Source: Spirochaetaceae bacterium
GTDB taxonomy: Bacteria > Spirochaetota > Spirochaetia > DSM-2461
Length of the DNA stretch: 64,000 bases
Assembly (NCBI GenBank): GCA_051531975.1
Contig: JAOPTT010000007.1
Span: forward strand, 56,985 to 120,984
Direction of reading: 5' to 3'
The stretch's first letter is position 1. Each line of letters begins with the position of its first letter. A program made the translations under genes and the position numbers. Under the pieces are notes generated by a model. That model was given only the letters and a program-made list of their open reading frames with translations, searched no databases and had not been told where the DNA came from. Shown piece after piece: positions 20,768 to 31,420 of this stretch.

Positions 20768-22318
20768 ATGAGTGATGAAGTACAGTTTGCTAGTGAAAAG
20801 GTAGAGATAAATAAAAATGATTCAGCAGCTCTAAGCAATTGGAAAATTCTTATCGTTGATGATGAGAAAGAGATTCACCTAGTTACAACACATGTATTAA
20901 AAAACTTTAACTTTAATGAACGTGGCATTGATTTTTTTCACGCTTATAGTGCAGAAGAGTCAAAGGCTATTTTAAAAGATAATTCAGATATAGCACTTAT
21001 ATTTTTAGATGTTGTGATGGAAACTGATGACGCAGGACTTAGGCTCATCGAGTGGATTCGGGGATATTTAGGAAATAGGTTTGTTAGAATTGTATTACGA
21101 ACAGGCCAGCCTGGGTTAGCCCCAGAAAAAAATGTAATTTTAAATTATGACATCGATGACTATAGAGCAAAAACAGAACTTACAGCGGTTAGACTTTTTA
21201 CTACAACAGTAGCCTCTCTTAGAGCATATCGAATCATGATGGATCAAGAAGAAAACAGGATAGCTTTAGAGGCGTTAGTTAAAACATCTTGGTCAATGAA
21301 TTCAATTAGAAATGTAAAAATGTTTTTAGATGGAGTTATGCCCCAAGTAAGTTCATTTATGTCACTTGGTGAAAACTCATTTTTCTCCGAAGTAAAAAAA
21401 GTTAACGGTGTAAATATATTAAAACCTTTAATGGGTAGTGGGCGTTTTAAGTTAATAGATGATGATTTTGCATCTGAGTTAACTGAACATGAACATGAAA
21501 TTGTTGATATTGCCTTAGCTGAAGGACATCATGTTTTTGAAGATCAAATTGTTGTTGGTGTCGTTTTACATACAGATCCAGCAAATAGTCGATTACTTTT
21601 TATAGAGAGTCATGAAAAAATAAAAAGTTTAGATCTTTCAGTACTAAAAATATTTTTATCAAGTTTAGATTCAGCATTTGAGAATATGTTACTTGCATTC
21701 GAAGTTGAAGAGGCCCATGTTTCTCAAATTAATATGCAAAAAGCTCTACTAGATAGGCTTAATAATGTCATTTCAATACGGTCAAAAGAGACTGCAGGGC
21801 ATGTTAGAAGAGTTGCAGAGTGTTCTGTGTTGTTAGCAGAATATCACGGACAGGAAAGTGAATATTTAGAGTTGTTAAAAACCGCATCCCCAATGCATGA
21901 TATTGGAAAGATAGGTGTACCCGATTCTATTCTTTTAAAACCCGGACAACTTACTGAATCAGAGAGAGATATAATAAATACCCATGCCTCTATAGGACGA
22001 GATATGTTTGAAGGAGATGAATCACCACTACTTCAGATGACTAGAGATATAGCTGGAGGGCACCATGAAAAATGGGATGGATCTGGTTACCCTAGCCAAT
22101 TAAAGGGTGTAGAGATACCTTTAGCAGGTCGTATAACAGCGATTTGTGATGTCTTTGATGCTCTATCTTCCGCACGTCCATATAAAGATGCACTACCTTT
22201 AGATATTGTAACTGAGATAATGAATAATGGTCGAGGACAACATTTTGACCCTGAACTTTTAGATCTTTTTATGGATCATCTAGATGAGATGTGTGGCATA
22301 TTTAATACTTACGATTAA
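20768..22318 (+). CDS. response regulator with DUF3369-like and HD-GYP domains (c-di-GMP phosphodiesterase)
   Basis: ILIVDD…LDVVME receiver; MHDIGK; HHEKWDGSGYP. Confidence 0.9.
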   Translation: MSDEVQFASEKVEINKNDSAALSNWKILIVDDEKEIHLVTTHVLKNFNFNERGIDFFHAYSAEESKAILKDNSDIALIFLDVVMETDDAGLRLIEWIRGYLGNRFVRIVLRTGQPGLAPEKNVILNYDIDDYRAKTELTAVRLFTTTVASLRAYRIMMDQEENRIALEALVKTSWSMNSIRNVKMFLDGVMPQVSSFMSLGENSFFSEVKKVNGVNILKPLMGSGRFKLIDDDFASELTEHEHEIVDIALAEGHHVFEDQIVVGVVLHTDPANSRLLFIESHEKIKSLDLSVLKIFLSSLDSAFENMLLAFEVEEAHVSQINMQKALLDRLNNVISIRSKETAGHVRRVAECSVLLAEYHGQESEYLELLKTASPMHDIGKIGVPDSILLKPGQLTESERDIINTHASIGRDMFEGDESPLLQMTRDIAGGHHEKWDGSGYPSQLKGVEIPLAGRITAICDVFDALSSARPYKDALPLDIVTEIMNNGRGQHFDPELLDLFMDHLDEMCGIFNTYD

Positions 22319-22325
22319 TACCTAT

Positions 22326-22364
22326 TTAACACAATCTTAACAATTCTCAAATACAACTTTAATA
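22326..22364 (+). promoter_or_regulatory. Pho-box-like direct repeats
   Basis: TTAACA at 22326 and 22337, TTAATA at 22359 (11-bp register) upstream of phoB. Confidence 0.65.
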
Positions 22365-22403
22365 ACTGTTTTTTATGATATTATAAGTAAGAGGTACTAT
22401 TTT

Positions 22404-23096
22404 ATGGCACATGAGAAAATCTTAATAATAGAAGATGAAAAAGATATATTAGAATTAATTGCATTTAATCTAGAATGTTCTGGATACGAAGTTTTGAAAG
22501 CTTCCGATGGAGAAGTTGGATTAAAACTTGCAAAAGAGGCAAATCCAGACCTTGTTCTTTTAGATCTAATGCTGCCAGGAATAGATGGTTTTGATGTATG
22601 TCGAGGGTTAAAACAAGAGAAAAATAGTAGAAATATTCCAATAATAATGTTAACAGCTAGAGGTGAAGATACAGATATTGTTTCTGGACTTGAACTCGGG
22701 GCTGAGGATTATATTACAAAACCATTTAGCCCAAAGATTTTAGTTGCACGTATACGAACTGTTTTACGAAGAGCTGCTGGAAATACTGAGGACGATGAAG
22801 AAACTTTAAATATTAATGGTATTTATATGGATATTAGCAAACATATAGTAAAAATTGAATCCGATAAGATTGATCTTTCTACAACCGAGTTTGATATCTT
22901 GAGAGTCTTGATGTCATCGCCAGGTTGGGTATATTCTAGAAATCAGATTATAGATGCTGTTAAAGGTTCTAATTACCCAGTAACACAAAGGTCGGTAGAT
23001 GTTCAAATTTTAGGTTTAAGAAAAAAACTTGGGAATAAAGGTCTGTATATTGAAACTGTAAGAGGTGTTGGATATAGGTTGAAGGAAGAGTCGTGA
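22404..23096 (+). CDS. phoB: PhoB/PhoP-type OmpR-family response regulator
   Basis: LLDLMLP, MLTARGE, KPFSP, IETVRGVGY; paired with a PhoR-like kinase. Confidence 0.82.
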   Translation: MAHEKILIIEDEKDILELIAFNLECSGYEVLKASDGEVGLKLAKEANPDLVLLDLMLPGIDGFDVCRGLKQEKNSRNIPIIMLTARGEDTDIVSGLELGAEDYITKPFSPKILVARIRTVLRRAAGNTEDDEETLNINGIYMDISKHIVKIESDKIDLSTTEFDILRVLMSSPGWVYSRNQIIDAVKGSNYPVTQRSVDVQILGLRKKLGNKGLYIETVRGVGYRLKEES

Positions 23097-24850
23097 AACA
23101 AAGAAGTATATTTACAACACTTTTTACAATATTTCTATTTATTATTTTAACATCCATTGGAGCTTCAGCAATATATAGTATAACAACTTTTAGTAACCTT
23201 ATATATCAGATGGAAGAAGATGAACTAATAGAAAAAACTGAGATTATGCACTCTTTGTTTCCCATAAACAGTATAAAAAACAGGGCAATTATTAACAACT
23301 TTACTAATTCAGGTTTGGGGAAATCTACCCGAATTACTATCTTGGATAAAAATGGAAAGATCCTTTCAGACTCTCAACAAGATTATGAACTGATGGATAA
23401 TCATATAAATAGACCAGAGATTCAATTAAGTATTAGTGGCAAGTCTCAGATCGTTTCAAGATATAGTGAAACATTAAAGCAGCATATGACATATTATGCT
23501 CTACCAATAATTAAAGATTCAAAAATTATCGGTTTTATTCGTACTTCTGCATCGGTTGAACTCTTAAAAAGTAGGGTTAGAGTTGTAACTATTACCATAA
23601 GCATTATTAGTTTGGTTATTATCATTTTATCAATCGCAATATGTTATACAATAGCGATAAATTTTAGTGTATCTATTAACTCAGTTAAAAGGGTTGCTAA
23701 TTTTTACTCAAAAGGTAAATTTAACTACTCTTTATCTGAAGAAGGAACTAGAGAGATGGCCTCTTTATCTAATTCTATAAATAATATGGGACAACTATTA
23801 CAAGATCGGTTTTTTACAATAAGTAAACAAAAAAATAGATATAAATCAATGTTGGAGAGCATGATAGAGCCAGTTATTAGGATGGATAATAATTTTATTA
23901 TAGAAGAAATTAATAGATCTGCAGAACTAATATTTGGTAATAAAAGAGAATATGTTAAAGGTAAAATTTTAACTAATTTTATAGATAACAGTAATATTTA
24001 TGAATTTTGTAAGAGTATAATTGATGGTAACCCATTATTAGAAACTATTGTTGACCATAATGGATCACATCTACAGATTCATGGATCAATCTTATACGAT
24101 GCAGAAAAGACAAAAATTGGGATATTATTAGTGATTAATGACTTAACAGAGAGGGTTCGCCTCGAGCATATGAGAAAGGAATTTGTTGCCAATGTATCCC
24201 ATGAACTTAGGACTCCTACAACTGCAATTCAAGGGTATATTGAGACTTTAATGAACAATGAAGTAAGCCCAGAGCAAAATACTAAGTTCTTAAATATACT
24301 TTACAGCCATAGTACCAGACTTAATAATATTATAGACGATCTTCTGGTTTTAGCTGGTTTAGAAAGAGATGGAGCTAGTTTTATTCCCGAGAGTTTTCCT
24401 GTCTTAGACCTTATATCCAGTGCAATTAATATTGTTAATAGTAAAGCAATTAGTAAAAATATAGATATTGTTGTTAATAGCTCTGAAAAGCATATTATTT
24501 ACGCACATCCTCTATTATCTGAGCAAGCTCTAATAAACTTATTATCAAATGCTGTTAATTATAGTGACCCGGGTAGTGTAGTAACAGTTAGAACCATATT
24601 TGAAAAACCGGACTTAATAATAGAAGTTGAGGATAATGGTCAAGGAATACCCAAAAAAGATATAGAGGATATTTTTGAACGGTTTTTTAGAGTAGATAGA
24701 GCTCGAAGTCGTAATCAAGGTGGTTCAGGATTAGGCCTTTCTATTGTAAAAAGAGTAATGAATATCCATGGGGGATATGCTTCTGTTTTGAGTGAAATTG
24801 ATAAAGGTTCAATATTTTCTTTAAGGTTTCCTTGCCGTAATAACAGTTAA
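23093..24850 (+). CDS. phoR: PhoR-type sensor histidine kinase (HAMP, PAS, HisKA, HATPase)
   Basis: MDNHINRPEI, FVANVSHELRTP, FERFFRVDRARSRNQGGSGLGLSI. Confidence 0.85.
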   Translation: MKQRSIFTTLFTIFLFIILTSIGASAIYSITTFSNLIYQMEEDELIEKTEIMHSLFPINSIKNRAIINNFTNSGLGKSTRITILDKNGKILSDSQQDYELMDNHINRPEIQLSISGKSQIVSRYSETLKQHMTYYALPIIKDSKIIGFIRTSASVELLKSRVRVVTITISIISLVIIILSIAICYTIAINFSVSINSVKRVANFYSKGKFNYSLSEEGTREMASLSNSINNMGQLLQDRFFTISKQKNRYKSMLESMIEPVIRMDNNFIIEEINRSAELIFGNKREYVKGKILTNFIDNSNIYEFCKSIIDGNPLLETIVDHNGSHLQIHGSILYDAEKTKIGILLVINDLTERVRLEHMRKEFVANVSHELRTPTTAIQGYIETLMNNEVSPEQNTKFLNILYSHSTRLNNIIDDLLVLAGLERDGASFIPESFPVLDLISSAINIVNSKAISKNIDIVVNSSEKHIIYAHPLLSEQALINLLSNAVNYSDPGSVVTVRTIFEKPDLIIEVEDNGQGIPKKDIEDIFERFFRVDRARSRNQGGSGLGLSIVKRVMNIHGGYASVLSEIDKGSIFSLRFPCRNNS

Positions 24851-24866
24851 GAACTATATTACACAT

Positions 24867-25217
24867 ATGATAAATCTTATATACAGAGTAGTTTTTTATA
24901 TTCTACTCTTAAAATTAACTATGACTTTGTATCAGAGAAGATATAACTCTGAAGGTGGAAAAAAAAGAATAGCGTCTCTATATCAGAGTGTTGTAATAGG
25001 TGCATTATATTGCTTTATATCAATTGTTATGGCCAAATCTTTTAACTATTATTTAGTTTATATTGCTGTTTTTGTTACAATAAGTTCTTGTATCTACTAT
25101 AGAAAAAAGTTGTTCCCATACAAATCTAAGTGTCAAAATTGTGGTGATAAACTAAAAATCCGACAAATTCTGTTCATTGATAGCCAAATATGTCCAAATT
25201 GTGAAATAAAGGATTGA
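24867..25217 (+). CDS. small membrane protein with C-terminal zinc ribbon
   Basis: Three TMs, then CQNC…CPNC. Confidence 0.65.
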   Translation: MINLIYRVVFYILLLKLTMTLYQRRYNSEGGKKRIASLYQSVVIGALYCFISIVMAKSFNYYLVYIAVFVTISSCIYYRKKLFPYKSKCQNCGDKLKIRQILFIDSQICPNCEIKD

Positions 25218-25270
25218 CCTTAGTCGCTTCTCGTATTATAAAAGTATAGTTGATTGATAAAACAAACTAT
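25214..25270 (+). promoter_or_regulatory. sigma70 promoter plus ROK/XylR-type operator
   Basis: TTGACC-17-TATAAA, then 25-bp imperfect palindrome ATAGTTGATTGATAAAACAAACTAT (25246-25270). Confidence 0.65.
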
Positions 25271-25287
25271 CAATAAGAGGAGTGAAT

Positions 25288-26385
25288 ATGGCTGATAATA
25301 AATCTTTTCAGAAAAGTGCTAACGTTTCATTAGTTATGCAGACTATTAGAGTCAAAAAACATATTTCACGTATAGATATTTCTAGAGAGTTAGGTCTAGA
25401 TAGGTCTACAATTACAAATATTGTAACAAAACTTATAGATAAAAAACTATTGTTGGAAGTTGCTGAGGGTAGTTCTGTTTCTAAAGGTGGTAGAAAGCCA
25501 GTTTTATTAGGTATAAACAGTAACTTTGGTCTTATACTAGGTTTGGAAATACAGGTTCAATTTTATAGAGCAACTCTAATGTCACTAGACGGAACAATAA
25601 TTTGGAATAAAACTGATACATTAAATAATACTACAAATCTTAAAAATATAATATTAGATGTCTATTCTAATTTAAAAGATGATATTGAGAGTATCAATAC
25701 ACCTCTACTTGGAATTGGAATTGGGCTTCCTGGGCAGATAAATCCTGTAGAAGGAACCCTATTACCTCCTAGCCCTTTTTATAACTCAAATGATAATAAT
25801 ACTAACGACATTTCAGACATGTTTGATATACCTGTTCTTTTTGATAACGATGCAAATTGCTGTGCTTGGGGTGTTTTAGAACAGCGTAAAGAGAATAATA
25901 TTCAAAACTTTTTATATTCAATAATGGAAGTACACGGTGCTGATGATAAAGCTACAGAAAATGATTTTGGTTTTGGAATTGTTGTAAACGGGGATGTATA
26001 TTATGGATACAATTACGCTGCTGGAGAGATGTATAAATCATTAATTGAAAATACCTCTATTGATACAGATGCAGAAGGTTACTTTAATGAACTTTTTGAT
26101 AAATTATCCATGTTTGTTTCATTTTTAAATCCTAGCCACCTTTTTTTAGGTGGGGAATTTATTACCCATGAAGAGGTTGCACTAAAAAGTCTTAAACAGA
26201 GTCCTTTAAATGATCAATGTGAAGTCGTATTTTCTTGTCATAGAGAATTTGAAGTCTCTTTTGGTGCTGCTAGTATGTTTATAGAGAGATTATTTAAAGT
26301 TCAGGGTGTAGAAGATCATGACAAGCCAGAACTTACTTGGGACAGTATTATAGAAGTTAGAAGCAACAGAAGGAGTATCTCATGA
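25288..26385 (+). CDS. ROK family transcriptional repressor
   Basis: SRIDISRELGLDRSTIT HTH, GGRKP, GIGLPG, DNDAN, AAGE. Confidence 0.92.
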   Translation: MADNKSFQKSANVSLVMQTIRVKKHISRIDISRELGLDRSTITNIVTKLIDKKLLLEVAEGSSVSKGGRKPVLLGINSNFGLILGLEIQVQFYRATLMSLDGTIIWNKTDTLNNTTNLKNIILDVYSNLKDDIESINTPLLGIGIGLPGQINPVEGTLLPPSPFYNSNDNNTNDISDMFDIPVLFDNDANCCAWGVLEQRKENNIQNFLYSIMEVHGADDKATENDFGFGIVVNGDVYYGYNYAAGEMYKSLIENTSIDTDAEGYFNELFDKLSMFVSFLNPSHLFLGGEFITHEEVALKSLKQSPLNDQCEVVFSCHREFEVSFGAASMFIERLFKVQGVEDHDKPELTWDSIIEVRSNRRSIS

Positions 26386-27026
26386 AATCAATAGACATAC
26401 ACTTTATAGATACTATAGTTGATATAGAATTAAGTTATATGCATGATTATTTTGAAGATTTACCTAAATATGAAATAGGTGAAATTAACTGGAAAAAGTT
26501 TTCTTATCTTCCAGAAGCTAAATTTAGAATCTTTTATTCAAATATATCGATTTTCATTAAGTATGATGTCTTAGAGCAGAGTGTTTTAGCGCAAAAATTA
26601 AATGTAAACGACCCTGTTCATAAAGATAGTTGTGTTGAGTTTTTTGTATCCCCAGGGGACGGTAAATATTATAACTTTGAGTTCAACTGTATAGGGACAA
26701 AATATTTAGGAAGTGGTGCTGATAGATCCTCAGGGAAAACAATGCATAAAGAAACTACAAGTAAAATAAAGACTATGTCTAGTTTAGGACACAGAGGGTT
26801 TGATGAGATAAAAAAGGACACTAGATGGTCACTTATTGTTGAGATACCTTTTGAAATATTTACAGATAAAAATATCGATGAAATTAAAGGCTCATCGATG
26901 GAAGCAAACTTTTACAAGTGTGGTGATCAAATGTTAGTTCCACACTATGTTACATGGAATAAAATAAATACAGAGGAACCAGACTTTCATAGACCTGAAT
27001 GTTTTGGCCAGATTAATTTTAAATAA
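26382..27026 (+). CDS. carbohydrate-binding family 9-like protein
   Basis: DSCVEFF, YYNFEFN, ANFYKCGD, PDFHRPE. Confidence 0.85.
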   Translation: MKSIDIHFIDTIVDIELSYMHDYFEDLPKYEIGEINWKKFSYLPEAKFRIFYSNISIFIKYDVLEQSVLAQKLNVNDPVHKDSCVEFFVSPGDGKYYNFEFNCIGTKYLGSGADRSSGKTMHKETTSKIKTMSSLGHRGFDEIKKDTRWSLIVEIPFEIFTDKNIDEIKGSSMEANFYKCGDQMLVPHYVTWNKINTEEPDFHRPECFGQINFK

Positions 27027-27036
27027 TGGAGGAATT

Positions 27037-28245
27037 ATGTCATTAAAAGGAAACGCAATTATTGGACAGTCAGGAGGTCCAACTTCGGTAATCAATTCAT
27101 CATTAGCAGGTGTTATTGAAGGTGCTTTAAAAAGCGAACTTATAGAAAATGTTTACGGTATGAACTACGGTATTGAAGGATTTATGAATGAGTGGCTTTA
27201 TGATTTAACAGCACAACCAGATGAAATTATTAAGGGTCTAAGAGAGACTCCATCATCTGCTTTAGGTTCTTCTAGATTAAAGTTACAAGATGAACATTTT
27301 CCTAAAATCATGGAAGTTTTTAAGAAGTACGATATCAGATACTTTTTCTTAATTGGTGGAAACGACACTATGGATACTGTTCATAGAGTAGAAGCTTATT
27401 GCCAAAAAGTTGGGTACGATCTAAAAGGTATTGGTATACCTAAAACTGTTGATAATGACCTATATGGAACAGACCATACACCTGGTTTTGCTTCTGCTGG
27501 TAGATATAACGCACTTTCTGTAATGCAGGGTGGTCAGTTAGCAAGAGACATGAAAAAAGTTGATAAATTTGTTGTATTCCAAACTATCGGGCGAGATGCT
27601 GGTTGGTTAGCCGCAGCTTGTGCTTGTGGTAAAAAGAAAGAAGACGATGCACCACACTTAATATACTGTCCAGAGAGAAAGTTTAACCCAGATGAGTTTG
27701 TAGAAGATGCTAAGGCATGTATAGAAAAATATGGTTGGGTATCAGTTGTTGTATCAGAAGGTATCTGTTACGAAGATGGGACCCCGGTTTCTGCAGCATT
27801 AACAAAAGATAAGTTTAATAATACTGAATTTGGTGCCATGGGTGGAGCTTCTGTTGCACTTAATGTACATAAGATATTAAGAGAGACAACAGGGGAGAGA
27901 GGTGAATTCCAAATATTAGAATCACTTAATATGTCTGCCCACGACAGAGCTACTAAGCAGGACTTACAAGAAGCATTTGATTGTGGTTTAGAAGCCGTAA
28001 GACTTGCGGAAAGTGGAGAGACAGGATTTATGGTAACTATTGATAGAGTATCAAATGTTCCATACAAATCAAAAATGGGTAAAACACCACTATCAAATGT
28101 TGCAGTTAGAGCTAAATCTATGCCTGATGATTTTATTAACGAAAGAGGTAACTTTGTAACTGATAAAGCCTTAGAGTACTTAAACCCACTAATAACTGAT
28201 CTACCAAACTATGTAGAACTAAAACCAATATTTGTAAAGAAATAA
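27037..28245 (+). CDS. phosphofructokinase, probably PPi-dependent
   Basis: QSGGPT, GGNDT (Asp is typical of PPi-type enzymes), PKTVDND, GRDAGW. Confidence 0.88.
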   Translation: MSLKGNAIIGQSGGPTSVINSSLAGVIEGALKSELIENVYGMNYGIEGFMNEWLYDLTAQPDEIIKGLRETPSSALGSSRLKLQDEHFPKIMEVFKKYDIRYFFLIGGNDTMDTVHRVEAYCQKVGYDLKGIGIPKTVDNDLYGTDHTPGFASAGRYNALSVMQGGQLARDMKKVDKFVVFQTIGRDAGWLAAACACGKKKEDDAPHLIYCPERKFNPDEFVEDAKACIEKYGWVSVVVSEGICYEDGTPVSAALTKDKFNNTEFGAMGGASVALNVHKILRETTGERGEFQILESLNMSAHDRATKQDLQEAFDCGLEAVRLAESGETGFMVTIDRVSNVPYKSKMGKTPLSNVAVRAKSMPDDFINERGNFVTDKALEYLNPLITDLPNYVELKPIFVKK

Positions 28246-28280
28246 TAATTAATACCGGCTAGGAAATTTAGGAGAAATAG

Positions 28281-29297
28281 ATGAATTTAACAGATAAAAA
28301 ATATACACAGTTTGAGCTACCAAAAGATATGCTAGAGACAGCAAATGTTCTAAGAAATTTTGATACAAACATTGGGAAAGAGTATGCCGATGCTTTTAAA
28401 GCTAAAAAAGGTATTTTTTACACAGGTGAAGGGTCTTCTAGACTATTTCCTGGAAAAAGAGCTATATACGAATCAATGAAAGCTGCTGGACATAAACCTT
28501 CTGCAACCGATGGTGCAACTCAAGCTTTAGAGTATGATCTATCAGACTATGCAGTAGTTGGAGCTTCTAACTCTGGTAAAACAAAAGAGCTTATAAGACT
28601 TTTCCATAAGCTAAAAAAAGAGGGGCATGATGCACTTTTTGGTGTGACAGCATTTCCTGATACTCCACTAGAGACAATCTCAAACAAAACTACTGTTTTA
28701 GGATGTGGTGAAGAGGGTGCTGTAGCTGCAACTAAATCAGTTGTAGAACAAGCTTTAGTTATCGACTCAATTCTTCACGCTATAGATGGGAAAGAGATGC
28801 CTAACATAGCTGCTGCAGCAGATGCAGTTGAGGAAGCTCTTAAGATTGAAATTGATCCAAAGTTAATCAAGAAGATAGCAAATGCAGGGACAATATACTT
28901 TGCAGGACGTAATAACGGTGTTGCAGAGGAATTAACTCTAAAAACAAATGAGATAACTAGAAAAAAATCTGACTTTCTAGAGGGAACATATGCAGCTCAT
29001 GGAATCGAAGAGGTTCAAAATGCTGATGATGTTATTATTGTAATAAATCCATTCGAAGATGAAGAGGCTAAGTTTAAAGAGTGTCTAATCGATGTAGTTG
29101 GTTTAACTATTATTGCAATAGCTGATAGAGAGACTTCATTTCCAACAATTAAAATTCCTAATGCAGGACATTATCAGAACTACGTAGAGCTTGCAGCTGG
29201 TTGGAATATATTAGTTGAGACAGGTTTAGCTTTAGGTGTAAAGTTAGATACTTGTGATAGAGCAAGAAAAGTTGGAAACGAATTTATTCCTGAATAA
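28281..29297 (+). CDS. double-SIS sugar-phosphate isomerase/deaminase (GlmS C-terminal-like)
   Basis: TGEGSS, SNSGKTKE, EGAVAATKS, ELTLKTNE; no glutaminase domain. Confidence 0.82.
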   Translation: MNLTDKKYTQFELPKDMLETANVLRNFDTNIGKEYADAFKAKKGIFYTGEGSSRLFPGKRAIYESMKAAGHKPSATDGATQALEYDLSDYAVVGASNSGKTKELIRLFHKLKKEGHDALFGVTAFPDTPLETISNKTTVLGCGEEGAVAATKSVVEQALVIDSILHAIDGKEMPNIAAAADAVEEALKIEIDPKLIKKIANAGTIYFAGRNNGVAEELTLKTNEITRKKSDFLEGTYAAHGIEEVQNADDVIIVINPFEDEEAKFKECLIDVVGLTIIAIADRETSFPTIKIPNAGHYQNYVELAAGWNILVETGLALGVKLDTCDRARKVGNEFIPE

Positions 29298-29328
29298 ACA
29301 ATATATGAACAAATTTTATCCTATTTTT

Positions 29329-29355
29329 GGTCCCCTATTACAGGGGGCTTTTTTT
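29329..29355 (+). terminator. intrinsic terminator of the ROK operon
   Basis: GGTCCCCT-attac-AGGGGGCT followed by a T-tract. Confidence 0.8.
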
Positions 29356-29422
29356 ATATTTATATATACGTAAAATTAAATTAAAACTATAATCAGTTAA
29401 ATAAAAGCTTTAGGTGGAAATT

Positions 29423-29629
29423 ATGATCGATTTAGATTTAAAAGAAGTTATCGAAGTTGTAGGTAGCGGTATGATAGTTAAATTAACAAATAGTGACGAA
29501 GGTATACTGTTAAATTTTGAATCAGAAGAGGGTGGACGTGTAATTAGAATTCAGCCCCATGAAAGTGATCCTAAAACATTAGTACTATCTTTAGATAGAA
29601 AGAAACCAACATTTGAAGTTGTAAAATAG
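29423..29629 (+). CDS. small hypothetical protein
   Basis: 68 aa ORF with GGTGG RBS, ending 1 nt before the next gene. Confidence 0.6.
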   Translation: MIDLDLKEVIEVVGSGMIVKLTNSDEGILLNFESEEGGRVIRIQPHESDPKTLVLSLDRKKPTFEVVK

Positions 29630-29630
29630 A

Positions 29631-30533
29631 ATGGGTAACTATATAGGAGAGATTGCATCCTTTGGAACAGTTATCTGTTGGATAGTATGTTCTATGGCAT
29701 TTGAAAAAGCCGGAAAAAAAATTGGTTCCATGACTGTTAACTTAATAAGGCTTATATTTGCATTAGTTTTTATATGTATCATTACTTATATTACACGAGG
29801 TTTTATCTTACCAACAGATGCTACATCTAAAACCTGGTTTTGGTTGTCTCTATCTGGAGTTGTAGGTTTTTTTATTGGAGATCTATGTCTGTTCAGAGCT
29901 TTTGTGACAATAGGATCCAGGATTTCAATGTTAATCTATTCCCTAGTTCCACCAATATCCGCAGTATTAGGTCTAGTCGTATTTAATGAAAAAATGTCTG
30001 CTATCGCAATTGTAGGTATGATCGTGACTCTTGTAGGAATTGGTTTTGCAATTCTAAAAAAGACAGATAATAAAATTAGCTTTTCTCATCCAGTTAAAGG
30101 AGTAACTTTAGCTGTAATTGGAGCAATATGCCAAGCTCTAGGTGTTGGACTTAGTAAATTTGGTATGACTTTAACTGATGGATCGATATACGACCCTTGG
30201 GCCTGTACTCAGATTCGAATAATATCAGCTACTATATGTTTTATTCTGCTTTTTATATTTACAAAACGATGGTCATATATTAAAAAGGCTATTGTTATGC
30301 CTAGACCTATGGTAGAAGTTGCAGTTGGATCTGTTTTTGGCCCTGTAATAGGTGTTACTTTAGGATTAATCGCAATTACATATATCTCTATGGGTGTATC
30401 ATCTACTATTATCGCAGTTTTACCTGTAGCTATAATAATACCCCATGTTATATTTTACAAAGAAAAAATACATCTAAGAGAAATTATAGGTGCTGTAATA
30501 ACAGTTATTGGAGTCTCTTTATTGTTCATTTAG
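29631..30533 (+). CDS. DMT/EamA family transporter
   Basis: 10 TM in two repeats; SGVVGFFIGD. Confidence 0.88.
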   Translation: MGNYIGEIASFGTVICWIVCSMAFEKAGKKIGSMTVNLIRLIFALVFICIITYITRGFILPTDATSKTWFWLSLSGVVGFFIGDLCLFRAFVTIGSRISMLIYSLVPPISAVLGLVVFNEKMSAIAIVGMIVTLVGIGFAILKKTDNKISFSHPVKGVTLAVIGAICQALGVGLSKFGMTLTDGSIYDPWACTQIRIISATICFILLFIFTKRWSYIKKAIVMPRPMVEVAVGSVFGPVIGVTLGLIAITYISMGVSSTIIAVLPVAIIIPHVIFYKEKIHLREIIGAVITVIGVSLLFI

Positions 30534-31379
30534 TAAAAAATCTACTAGAGAATTAACACCTACCAGACTATTTTTATAGTTATCTATATGGTTGTTACTA
30601 TCTAGTTCTATATCTAGAGCAGTAACACCTTCAATTTTACCTGTGTATGAAATTAGTTCCCCTTCAAAACGTTCTATAATTGCTTTTGCTGGGGTATACA
30701 TTGTTTCAGGGATATAACTAGATGTTTTAGCAAAAGCTTTCGCCATTTCCCAGGCCCTATTATTTATTAAAATTTCACCTTTTTCTACACGGTATTCAGG
30801 GTAAACTCTGCCTTTATCCATATAACCATGAAAGGATAATATTGTAACATTTTTATGTTCTGCTTTTAATCTATCTATTAATTCCACCAAAAGTCTTGTA
30901 GATGGTAGATACATCTCTAAAAAATCCCTATTTGGATCAACATATCTGTTTATTCCATTTTTATATGTTTTGTCATTTCCATAAAATATTCGGTAAAAAA
31001 GTTTCTTATCGAAGTTTTCTAATGGACTCTTTTTAATAACATAACCCTCTGAATCAAGATGTTCTTTTAGATATCCACGTCTGCCTTTAATAACTTCAAC
31101 GCCTTTAATTTTTTCTTTTATTGCGTATATTGTTGGATTTATAGAGGGAATAAAGTAGGTAGTTATAGGATAATTAGAATTGAGGCGAATATGGTCTACA
31201 ACTTGGCTTGTGTAGGATTCATCCCCATGAATTCCACCAATAATTAGAAGAACATCGTCGGTTAATTGCCCGTTATTATAAATAAATATTGGATTGTGAC
31301 CAGAATCCTCTCCTAAAACATCTAATGCATTTATGGAAAGAGATGATATTATAAATAATGTAGCAATAAAATATTTCAT
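30519..31379 (-). CDS. secreted M14-family zinc carboxypeptidase-like protein
   Basis: Signal peptide; GGIHGDE (HxxE), DPNRDF, SFHG. Confidence 0.72.
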   Translation of the reverse strand: MKYFIATLFIISSLSINALDVLGEDSGHNPIFIYNNGQLTDDVLLIIGGIHGDESYTSQVVDHIRLNSNYPITTYFIPSINPTIYAIKEKIKGVEVIKGRRGYLKEHLDSEGYVIKKSPLENFDKKLFYRIFYGNDKTYKNGINRYVDPNRDFLEMYLPSTRLLVELIDRLKAEHKNVTILSFHGYMDKGRVYPEYRVEKGEILINNRAWEMAKAFAKTSSYIPETMYTPAKAIIERFEGELISYTGKIEGVTALDIELDSNNHIDNYKNSLVGVNSLVDFLLNEQ

Positions 31380-31420
31380 ACTTATTTAAAGTTAGTATAT
31401 TCCAATGTTTTGTGCAAATT

